33,110 bases of DNA from a virus. Taxonomy: Duplodnaviria > Caudoviricetes. Below are positions 9,501 through 15,167 of the stretch, one piece after another (the first letter of the stretch is position 1; the number at the start of each line of letters is the position of its first letter). Location of the stretch: positions 1 to 33,110 of the IMG/VR virus record IMGVR_UViG_3300027227_000012. One strand, given 5' to 3'. The translations under genes and the position numbers were made by a program. The notes below the pieces were generated by a model. That model was not told the DNA's origin and did no database searches. It saw only the letters and a list, made by a program, of their open reading frames with translations.

Positions 9501-10958
9501 TGATGCTTGAATTTCTTTCTTTTGCATCACAAAGTTCTGAGCTCTTGTTTCTAATGATTCAGCTTGATTGTCTAGTATCTTTTTCTGAGCATCATATTGT
9601 TCCTGAGTCATCTTGCCACTTTGAGCTAACTCATTGAACCTACTTACCTCATCATCGTATGCTTTTCTATCTTGTAGTATATTTTTTTGTGACTGTTCAA
9701 GGTCATTAAGCTTCATGTTATACGTCTTGACATTATCCTGAATAATATCATCGGTATAATATGCGTCAATCTTAGCCTTTGCTTCTTTTATTTTGGCAGG
9801 ATCTTTAGTGGCCAAAGCATATTGATAGTCATCATATATCTGATCTTGCTTTGATTTACTTTGTTGATCACCGCCCACTTTCTTTTTCTTATAGTCTTGG
9901 TAGGCAGCGCTTTTATAAAAAGATTGAACATCATTGGTCGGGAGTCCGGTTCCTATGATTTGCTCTTGTATAATCTCTTTTTGCTCTTCAAATGGTAGCT
10001 TCTTAAACTCTGATTGGAACTCACTGGAAAGTAAGTTCTTACCCCTAATAATGGCAGATTGTTGCTGGTATCCATACTGACCTGTTCCCATCTTAGGGCC
10101 ACTCATTTGGTCTTTACCTTCAAACTTATTAAGACTATTCAATGCCTTATCAAAGTTTTCACTGTATGACTTAGTGGCATTTACTTCTAAGAATGCACGC
10201 AACTCACGCGCTTGCTCAGGGTTCTTTTCGTCAAACTCAAATACCTTCTCCTTGCTACCGTCTTTTGTCTTTACTTTAATTTGGTCAATTGCAAATGCCC
10301 CTTCTTCAGAGAACTCAAATCCATACTTACCGTATTTTTCAGTCAAGTATTTGATAGCATTCTCTTCTGTTTTGGCTACAAAGTCTGAGTTAATATCATC
10401 AAACTTAGCAGGCTTCATAGTAGTTGTAGTTACAACTCTAGAGCTTACGCTTTTGCCGTATCGATTATTTAACGCATTGATTGATCCTTCGTTTTGAATG
10501 GTATGCCATTTGCTCCCTGGAGTCATTCGCTGCCATTGGCCATCCTTTATGCGATATTGGTTGTCAGCTTTCTCATCATCGTAGTTATTAAATAACTCAT
10601 ATTCTTGAGATAAAGATGCGTCCTTTTTAAACTGCTTATTGAGATTGCCAATTCTATTTGGATCTTGAATCTGTACATACTGAGCTTTCTGCCCGTATAC
10701 TTTTACAGGAGCCTCCTCATACCACTTACCGTCCTTAAATTGATATGGCTTTTCTTCCTTACCTGGATAACCAGTAAAGATTTCACCTTTTGAAGACGAA
10801 GATGCCGTAGGCTTTGTTGTTGTGTTGGATAATCTGCCCGATGAAGACGTTCCTGATCCAGATGCCGTAAGATCTTTTTTTTTTACTGCATCAGATGGCG
10901 GAACAAAAGATGAGCCTGATGCTACTCCGTCACTTGGGGGTGTCCATTCGTTTTCCAT
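504..10958 (-). CDS. Giant (3484 aa) polyvalent virion/ejection protein with several embedded enzyme-like modules
   Basis: Uninterrupted 10.4-kb ORF, last of three successive genes after the tail genes (usual ejection-protein position in podoviruses). It has Gly/Ala-rich hydrophobic helices (~8500-9450), coiled-coil segments, an ART-like segment (GTGFYF...GFDGI), an RAVHDxFGH segment, a WY...SPQ..W..N...DTH...Q..TW segment and internal repeats. Confidence 0.75.
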   Translation of the reverse strand: MENEWTPPSDGVASGSSFVPPSDAVKKKDLTASGSGTSSSGRLSNTTTKPTASSSSKGEIFTGYPGKEEKPYQFKDGKWYEEAPVKVYGQKAQYVQIQDPNRIGNLNKQFKKDASLSQEYELFNNYDDEKADNQYRIKDGQWQRMTPGSKWHTIQNEGSINALNNRYGKSVSSRVVTTTTMKPAKFDDINSDFVAKTEENAIKYLTEKYGKYGFEFSEEGAFAIDQIKVKTKDGSKEKVFEFDEKNPEQARELRAFLEVNATKSYSENFDKALNSLNKFEGKDQMSGPKMGTGQYGYQQQSAIIRGKNLLSSEFQSEFKKLPFEEQKEIIQEQIIGTGLPTNDVQSFYKSAAYQDYKKKKVGGDQQSKSKQDQIYDDYQYALATKDPAKIKEAKAKIDAYYTDDIIQDNVKTYNMKLNDLEQSQKNILQDRKAYDDEVSRFNELAQSGKMTQEQYDAQKKILDNQAESLETRAQNFVMQKKEIQASQNKLNLVAGKYVAAKEKEGNLGGFLVNKVLTGVSMAFVEPFAALEASAEKRYDQLSPEEKAYYKSIKYNGKNLTKDQIENLLDNQAMLKAKNEAKESIIKTLGAEGTTLEYMKSGDRGFITQAIGGVLESLPAMATGIAGKAAGFTGLALQAYSGIEEEMLSDPDFQYTSAGDRAIIAIPYAAGMGVLENVGLQNLVKGDSFLGKVMMDVAIKSAKKVGANATKEALERVAAKEVESLLAKGLIRVTQAGVAEFETGFTQALVLDQGLKQAYNWIQQSGMTEEQKKKLTQGEYFDTADTLKELGSKTFEDGVAEMIGGFTMGSVGTVLQAVVNGNISLYNEDDVKFLKDVVADSNFKKLYVASMKTQMLDGKITKSKAQQNLNNLNEIEAAFDMMPNGLSTADMNTSLSLITERAQLTREKAGKDPNLVAPLEARIKAINEELTKIGENAVQEQTTSEIPVQPEARVGGEVAQGKPEAGPQEVTQEGGQAQEIVQSEERQSLIDAYVQEETNVINETYVGVPQEEKQAALDKLAADPISYAREKEGMPRADRFINSLEQAPAVQEVGYRSGDLVNKAETKGKFEGGDRSTGHFGTGFYFFGTKDKADQYDGRNTNPIDLSGYNLAKGTIELHDALKDINNLSIGRNKNEQDLKYKIESLLNYLGKSEVLPIGRNSSDQELEAYTKSVTEQDQKIQSIISEINKSDVDSPSTVVMKALGFDGIDSRGTELDNAQYGSVIYSLKDENIAKDNQKETNFVQNEKGNIQSERTGDGRTARPAISKNAPLEGAPTIQGATGPDPGLVSVAEKYADENDIDLKRQGEYVELDEQRAKRIADAYEQMADDPQNPKVKEAYAELIKQTKAQYQALIDAGYKFWFIDVKNPENIDYISSPYNAMRDLRQNKQMGVFPTEQGFGSNEDMDVSKNPLLEDTGIMWPSGGLDGEMKIVTANDLFRAVHDTFGHGLEGAGFRARGEENAWQAHSRLYTGSAIGAMTSETRGQNSWVNYGPKGEQNRTASGEDTIFADQKVGLMPEWTWTEGRAGDMEEDILQADTKDATNLQKALDALDKIEKDLDQFGKETLGVNIPVALAKTIVKAVKALVQAGVTLEQAIKQIAAEYNLSDRDVKSLLTPTKVSEIDVNEVRAKARPGKRISKGLSVKTVDRKKVIEETEDLSIEYVKKNAPKAFVSNANIIAKYPLVAGKKKFKTATTVEQAQEIYDVFVREVADNLNYLMAEFKPEYREISTLWYDGANAIANDFAAQFGVSAEQAAGIIAAMSPQKDWYQNVRLAEMVLMAYKDNPVMTKEMVDYQKGVNKKGLYDGAKSAGKKLKLAQKEYSESRTKANKEALEEAKVKLQEAIEKADAVITMLNKYIGKNLNDVPAAVQPYMVRTYHEVNTTKDYNIVAPDGSVQGVAKKNNGAKAKVAWGSYSEIGKAVAIKNDGSQENITRSLGEMHKIRNFYNNIIDPMSNDGDVTMDTHAIAAALLLPLSGKSTQVGQNFGTKTANSAPLGIKGLYYAYADAYALAAKEAGLLPRQVQSITWEAVRGLYTDTFKGNKAQVAKINNIWKDYQDGKITIDEAREQAKESAGGIKDPTWAGPVQTESGDGAGAQGVEGRGDGNERDTVGGTDGGGILTADTKNPTVLKRVENALNKADDDLAKFGRETLGINIPVATMRAIIKLAKVLVKTGITLQDAIIQAAEQKNVSKKDALNAIKFMVETINKPVEKVTVNKVTALKDQIRLEARAAREGAKSVSQAVKAITAFFKDKANQVNLTRAELKSVINIISSVKDQKTLDAAADKIYKIVSSAKSDVIEVNQMQALKSQIRLEAKAAREAKGDLNAKRKALAAAITGMVRQGKITAVQARSIINKVSRVNLDNPVMVDRLISYAERVFDRADYQETLSKAAKIRKSIKKAMKSKDLQAEVAGMAKKFSGVDPFMVEDIDQYIENAEKVLNAVRPVRETEVPLRQAADIEAISEYTTAQVERQEANKKAELLALNKYLVEAGIITDDMTAKEIQEMIDIIAAEEYEVENADKKLNFLKNRFDFMAGVIEEMIVNNKDIFTDEALDLTQNQRDLMREVLKFDIDKLSVKQAAQVLEAMDNFINNGITSGLEAVVKGYIGNDNANKLAASGLKSRPLKMYWNKAVGRFFGEQFVSLPLLIERMFPGMKKGLKLMSEMGLTDVIRGASKADREHKMIAKDYTSQEFYKGKGFMKAENVYERGMIAFLSRNLAGTKTEMRNEFLRRIKMVEESINALMNGSETERKMGEAYQQVFDKLKVNSQDLDVIKANAEQMNIDAVNWMTQQWAEKYSDLSDISLSVYNAILGSDTSYTPDRYKGLDESDIELDENLLQKGSAFMAGLEYTDKNKSGVLIETTRPKALPKGRFVSLDFDVNNFSSLKGAMIDIETAPAIRQVDGFIKSDGYKKIVNGDDRKILTRRINNYIIAVKGKTAFNRDSMRSVERVANFLGSLGVGKALGGFDQTIKQTAPVIINTLINAGRFDGLNLEMNAAINRSGMPIANRGIEAISGVESVDALIDKKGATAAEIGKAIEKVSQMYMKALLSKPDVWVARSSFISYYKNYLKTNGMSTDIDWQTHEWNQEAMNYAQMMVDRQQNISDEKLAGSFMNSPDPWKSVTRKVILPFATFIINQKNRMHNDLIALFGVGAETSSEDKKKAARSLVGLSAEMLAYQSIAYFIKTMVYDQLAAYITGEDDEEEKKERSFLGIKMTKKEWNATKFPVKSLVSDVISPFPLFDDAVVFGFDELMSNFPMISKEDIDKAIQDQNDARALKGQDPMDAEQEANLIKNLKDKNTYAVTFQKESLGRQYGVPGIAFDTYTELADMAQLAYTGEFEDDMGFGPKKKYISKKDQELVKWTLLPMVLYSTGLVPKDAGVVSRKVVATVKKRSISETKFKNTSELKTELGRKPKDWEESLVMNTTKKVPTLVEAIKFAERFGGLTESQGKEYAKLIELTGDYGYLDLKRIQDGETADQILKK

Positions 10959-12446
10959 TTATTTCTTTGTATAAGTTACACCATCTAATCCTACCATAGT
11001 CTGACCTTTTTTAAGAGCTGCCCATTTGGTATTCCATTGATCTTGTGTCATTTTTGGTTGCTGTGTCTGTTGTTGATTATTCGAGGCTGATCTAGCTTTG
11101 CCCATTTTCTTGGTCCATGTGTCTCTATTACTAACACCAAAGAAACCACCTATATCATCAAGCTTATAGAATGGTCCTTTTACATCCTTAGGATTTGATG
11201 CATTGATAATAAGATATGTGTTTTCACCTTTCTTTTCAAATAAGTATTTACCTCCAGATAGGCTACTCAATGCATTTACATCACCATTAACCCAAGCTGT
11301 TCTAACATCAGCGGCTGTCTTATAATATGCTGGCTTATCTTCTGCTTTTACAGTAGTAGATTCACCTCCTCCTGCTGCTTTTGGTTCGTCTTGTAGTGAC
11401 TTAAAACCAAGTTGCATCTCTACAGAAGCCTCAATTGATCTCTTGGCTCTTTCTTTTTGTTCTTCAGATATCATAGGTTGATAAACTCCCGATGCATCTT
11501 TTTGCATTGGTATTAGCTTCTTCTCAGACTCTTGCATAAATGCTTCAAATTCCTCTCCTGATAATTCTGGCAGGTCCTGATATCTTCTAGACTCATTCTC
11601 TTTTTGAACCATTCCCATAAGTATTTGGTTACGATCCTGAGATGTGTAATAAGTGGTATAACCTTCATCCATATTGTCTTGAAGGATACTCATTGTCATT
11701 CTATTATTACTTGTTAATGCACCTGTCAAGTCAGCTAATTTATTAGCAAATCCAGGGCGTTTAGTTAAGTCAGTTAGTGTGGTAACGCCATTCTCTGTGA
11801 CGTAATCTTTCCAAAGCTTTGTTGTTTCATTAACAGCTTTATCAAGCTCTACTTTATCAAACACAGCATTACTCGGGTCGGCCATTGTTTTTGCAGACTC
11901 AATTGTATCTGGAATAACTTGCCCAGTTTTAGGATCTAACCTCCCTGTGCTTACAGTGCCTGTTGATGGGTCAATAAAAACTTTCATATTTTTAATATCA
12001 CCCATTCTAGCAAAGTATTCAGCAGCTTCAACGGATGCCTTTGATGCTGTTCCGTCTTGAAGTCTTTTCTGAAGCTCGGCATTCTTAGCGTCAAAGCTTT
12101 TAATACTATTACCTAGTGTTCCCCAGCTTTCCATGAGATTATTCATGTTCTGCTTATATTGCTTTGGATCTAATTCTCCTCTTTTTAAAGCGTCATTCCA
12201 AGATTTTATAGTACCTACACCTTCTTGAGAAGAAGCAAGCATCATCTGTCCAAAGTTCTGACTTGCAAAAGCATCAGAAGTTTGAATAGTCTTTATATTG
12301 TCAGTCTTTAATTGGTCTAGGTATTCTTTCTCTTTTTCACGACGCTCACCAATACCAGATATAGTACCTGATAAATCGTTCATTTGCTTTGCCCAGTCGA
12401 TAGAATCGACAGGAATATACCCGAATATGTTTTGATTAATTGCCAT
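10959..12446 (-). CDS. Putative internal virion / DNA ejection protein (495 aa)
   Basis: Helical, Gln/Lys/Glu-rich ORF with N-terminal IDWAK..DLSGTISGIG. Lies between the small ejection-type gene and the giant gene; its TAA abuts the ATG of the giant gene. Confidence 0.55.
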   Translation of the reverse strand: MAINQNIFGYIPVDSIDWAKQMNDLSGTISGIGERREKEKEYLDQLKTDNIKTIQTSDAFASQNFGQMMLASSQEGVGTIKSWNDALKRGELDPKQYKQNMNNLMESWGTLGNSIKSFDAKNAELQKRLQDGTASKASVEAAEYFARMGDIKNMKVFIDPSTGTVSTGRLDPKTGQVIPDTIESAKTMADPSNAVFDKVELDKAVNETTKLWKDYVTENGVTTLTDLTKRPGFANKLADLTGALTSNNRMTMSILQDNMDEGYTTYYTSQDRNQILMGMVQKENESRRYQDLPELSGEEFEAFMQESEKKLIPMQKDASGVYQPMISEEQKERAKRSIEASVEMQLGFKSLQDEPKAAGGGESTTVKAEDKPAYYKTAADVRTAWVNGDVNALSSLSGGKYLFEKKGENTYLIINASNPKDVKGPFYKLDDIGGFFGVSNRDTWTKKMGKARSASNNQQQTQQPKMTQDQWNTKWAALKKGQTMVGLDGVTYTKK

Positions 12447-12447
12447 A

Positions 12448-13065
12448 TTAAATAGGTTTGAATAAGCCCAATGATTTTAAATAGTCTATATCTCCCATCT
12501 TTTGTTTTTTATCAGACTTATATAAATCAATCATTTCATCAGCTCCAGTCGCCGCTGTACCTAAAGAACTAAACGCACCCTCAATGGCAGCGTTTCTATT
12601 CTTCTCTGATTGAGCTCTAATGGCATTCTGCATTTGGATATCTCCAATACCAGCCATCCAATCACGCTCAGCTTTACGTGCCTCGATACCTGACTCAGCT
12701 TCAGCTTGCGCCATATCTCTTTGGAATTGTGTTTGATTAGCTTGAGCTGCTAATGCCATGTCTTGCTCATTACCTGCCTGAGCTACCTGCCCAATACCAC
12801 CAATGATACCTTCAGCTCCTACACCCTCAAGCGCCCCAACCATCTGAGCTTCTCTTTGAGACTGCTGTTGTTGAGCTAATTCAAAACCAAGCATAGGCGT
12901 CTGAACAGCCTTAAATGGATTAGTCTCTTTAATTTGCTTGAGTTGGTTTTTAGCTAGGTCTGCTGCTGATGCAGCTTGCTTCATGTCTTTGTTTGCCTTG
13001 ATGGCTTGTGCGGCACTGAGACCTACGCCTCCTAATGCCACTAATGTTGATGTTACTGCTGCCAT
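12448..13065 (-). CDS. Putative small ejection (pilot-like) protein (205 aa)
   Basis: Ala/Gly-rich hydrophobic N-terminus (MAAVTSTLVALGGVGLSAAQA), Gln/Ala-rich core and a Gly/Ala C-terminal helix. Composition and position match T7 gp14 / P22 gp7-type ejection proteins. Confidence 0.6.
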   Translation of the reverse strand: MAAVTSTLVALGGVGLSAAQAIKANKDMKQAASAADLAKNQLKQIKETNPFKAVQTPMLGFELAQQQQSQREAQMVGALEGVGAEGIIGGIGQVAQAGNEQDMALAAQANQTQFQRDMAQAEAESGIEARKAERDWMAGIGDIQMQNAIRAQSEKNRNAAIEGAFSSLGTAATGADEMIDLYKSDKKQKMGDIDYLKSLGLFKPI

Positions 13066-13457
13066 ATCTTTATCATTTCAGTGCAGTTTTCAGATCCTTT
13101 TTCGAATCCACACTCTGCATAGTAGTTTATTAAGCTTTGGTTTTTAAGTGAGGTGTATACATACTTGCATCCATTTTCCTTAGCAACCTCCGATAGTGCG
13201 TTAATCAAAAGTAGAATAGCGTCCTTTCGGTCTTTATCTTTATATTGAAAGTTAGATACAATAAACTCAACCCATGCTGTAGAGGAGTTGGTGAAGTATA
13301 TAAATCCAGCGCAAATATCGATGCCTTCTTTTGTAATCATCAGACCTCCACGGCCGTCCTGAGGTAGCATATCTTTAGGTGGCGGAGTCCATCTCCAGTC
13401 TTTCCACCATGACGCCAAAACATCGTAGTCGCGGTCATCAAGATACCTAACTTCCAT
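13053..13457 (-). CDS. GNAT-fold acetyltransferase-like protein (134 aa)
   Basis: C-terminal pattern AKENGCKYVYTSLKNQSLINYYAECGF matches the GNAT motif-B pattern (N...Y...GF). Its position between tail and ejection genes resembles T7 gp13-like genes. Confidence 0.6.
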   Translation of the reverse strand: MEVRYLDDRDYDVLASWWKDWRWTPPPKDMLPQDGRGGLMITKEGIDICAGFIYFTNSSTAWVEFIVSNFQYKDKDRKDAILLLINALSEVAKENGCKYVYTSLKNQSLINYYAECGFEKGSENCTEMIKIWQQ

Positions 13458-13461
13458 GTAA

Positions 13462-13469
13462 CAAATTTA
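13462..13469 (-). promoter_or_regulatory. Bacteroidota-type -7 promoter box TAAATTTG
   Basis: Minus strand reads TAAATTTG-TTAC-ATG; matches TAnnTTTG, 4 nt upstream of the ATG at 13457. Confidence 0.55.
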
Positions 13470-14231
13470 AGGAAAACTTTTGAATACTGATGTCTTGACA
13501 GCAAATAGCTCTATCTCACCTGTAGCTTCCCAAGCGCTTAATGAAAGTGTTAAGTTTAAATACCTACCTCTAGATCCGTAAGACTCTACAGATGATTTTT
13601 TATTTATGAATATATAGTCACCTGGATTCGGTGTGTTTACAAATCCACCGACTATTGATATTGAGCTTGTAGTAGATGATGTAACAGCTTGATTAATAGT
13701 ACCGACAGCCATAATGTTTGTAATCTGACCAGAAATATTACTAGCCTTGTATACAAAATCACCTGGATTTATATTTGATATTGGAACGTTAAAAGATATA
13801 ATAAGACCAGAGACACTAGATACTAAACCAACGCCTTGTACAGATAGAAGATCTAAATCCAACTGATTTTGTGGCCTTCTTATGTATGCAAAAAAGTCAC
13901 CTTCTTTTTTAGAAAATTGAGCGCTATCTATTTGCACTTGATCTAGGTCAGTAGATCCTAACACATCTAAAGCATTTGTACAGTCAAGATTCAAAGACTT
14001 AAACATCTTAGTCTCTACAGGTGATTCGTTTACTATAGTCTCTATAGAAAAACCACCCGGTGTAGTTCCGTAAAATTGAGTTCTAGTTTGATTGGTATCA
14101 TGTTGATATAGATTCCCACCTTTAAATGAATAGAAAGTACTATTAAGGCCAATCATCCACTCTGGGCGATAGGACCATCTAGAGGTCCAGCCCTCGGCCT
14201 TGTTAGAGAATGTAAGCGTATCTATAATCAT
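13467..14231 (-). CDS. Tail protein resembling the C-terminal part of the stabilization/muzzle protein (254 aa)
   Basis: Begins TLTFSNKAEGWTSRWSYRPEW...FYSFKGGNLYQH...FYG, has KMFKSLNL and KKEGDFFAYI, and ends GSRGRYLNLTL...ELFAV. I recognise these as C-terminal motifs of crAss-like / P22 gp10-like stabilization proteins. Confidence 0.6.
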   Translation of the reverse strand: MIIDTLTFSNKAEGWTSRWSYRPEWMIGLNSTFYSFKGGNLYQHDTNQTRTQFYGTTPGGFSIETIVNESPVETKMFKSLNLDCTNALDVLGSTDLDQVQIDSAQFSKKEGDFFAYIRRPQNQLDLDLLSVQGVGLVSSVSGLIISFNVPISNINPGDFVYKASNISGQITNIMAVGTINQAVTSSTTSSISIVGGFVNTPNPGDYIFINKKSSVESYGSRGRYLNLTLSLSAWEATGEIELFAVKTSVFKSFP

Positions 14232-14235
14232 ATAA

Positions 14236-14243
14236 CAAAGTTA
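14236..14243 (-). promoter_or_regulatory. Bacteroidota-type -7 promoter box TAACTTTG
   Basis: Minus strand reads TAACTTTG-TTAT-ATG in the 18-bp gap after the glycosyltransferase gene, 4 nt upstream of the ATG at 14231. Confidence 0.6.
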
Positions 14244-14249
14244 CGAATT

Positions 14250-15167
14250 TTAGACCAAGCAGCTTTTCATGCTCTTGATCATCTCATAGTACCTATATGA
14301 GCATCTGTTTGGATCTAGCTGCAAGTCTGTTTCGAATGGTATATTGTCCATATATGACGCCTTGTGAAACATGCCTTGTGTTGAATTAACGACACCGGCA
14401 TTATGGAAAAAGTATAACTCATCCCATCGATCAGACGGGCAGGTCGCCCAAGCAAAATCAAATTCTTTAGGCACCTCGACATGATGACCAAAAAACCAAG
14501 CGTTCCACAGCTCGGCCCACATGCTTGCCGTCCAGGCCTGTATGCCGTTCGGATCACCTTCCTTTCGGACGTGCTGCATCTCGGTCAATAGGTTGTATAA
14601 ATCCTTGCTGTCTTGCTCAACTTTTCTCCAATAGTGCGATGTCAGATTCTTCATAAGCTTCTGAGCTCCTCCGCTATTATTCTTATTGAACTCAATTAGT
14701 TTTTTTGATATACCAACCTGACTACACATTTCATCTAAAACCTCTTCTCCCTTACTCATGATATAGTCGTAGCCTATGTATGATATAGTGTCTGAGAAGT
14801 ACCATGTATCGTCCTGAAGATATGGAGTAAAGTCCATGTACTTGGTAAAAACAAAGTCAGCGTCATGGAAAAAGAACGCATCGTTTGTTAGATCAGGATG
14901 CTTCTTGAAATGTTTTTGAAGCAAGTGCGCTTGAATGGCAGGTGGGTAGTTGCATTCACCCATAGTGTCTTTATAGAAGAAGAATCTAGCTATGTCAGAG
15001 TAAGTCTGATAAAGCTTATTCCACGACTCTGGTATCTCATCTTGATACCCAGCTACAATGTCTATGTTCTTATAACCAAGGGATGCAAAGTTATGTATGC
15101 ATACCTCAATCTGCCAAGCGTAGTAGTCAAGCGCAGGTTGCGCTGACAACATCCTAAGTGTCTTCAT
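14250..15167 (-). CDS. Putative GT-A glycosyltransferase resembling peptidyl-serine alpha-galactosyltransferase / hydroxyproline O-arabinosyltransferase (305 aa from ATG 15167)
   Basis: Ordered motifs YYAWQ (~15111-15125), NYPPAI, FFFHDADFVF (DxD, ~14856-14864), WTASMWA, FFHNAG and FHKASY parallel the YxxWQ, YxxxNKP, DxD, WxxEMYG/A, HY and FDK motifs of plant SGT1/HPAT enzymes. The ATG at 15167 overlaps the upstream TAA (TAATG), a better start than the track's TTG at 15173. Confidence 0.65.
   Translation of the reverse strand: MKTLRMLSAQPALDYYAWQIEVCIHNFASLGYKNIDIVAGYQDEIPESWNKLYQTYSDIARFFFYKDTMGECNYPPAIQAHLLQKHFKKHPDLTNDAFFFHDADFVFTKYMDFTPYLQDDTWYFSDTISYIGYDYIMSKGEEVLDEMCSQVGISKKLIEFNKNNSGGAQKLMKNLTSHYWRKVEQDSKDLYNLLTEMQHVRKEGDPNGIQAWTASMWAELWNAWFFGHHVEVPKEFDFAWATCPSDRWDELYFFHNAGVVNSTQGMFHKASYMDNIPFETDLQLDPNRCSYRYYEMIKSMKSCLV

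Noticed and set aside
676-10497. Numerous 60-134 aa plus-strand ORFs within the giant gene
   Set aside because: Antisense shadows of a long coding frame; Ser/Leu/Phe-rich with no recognisable motifs or initiation signals.
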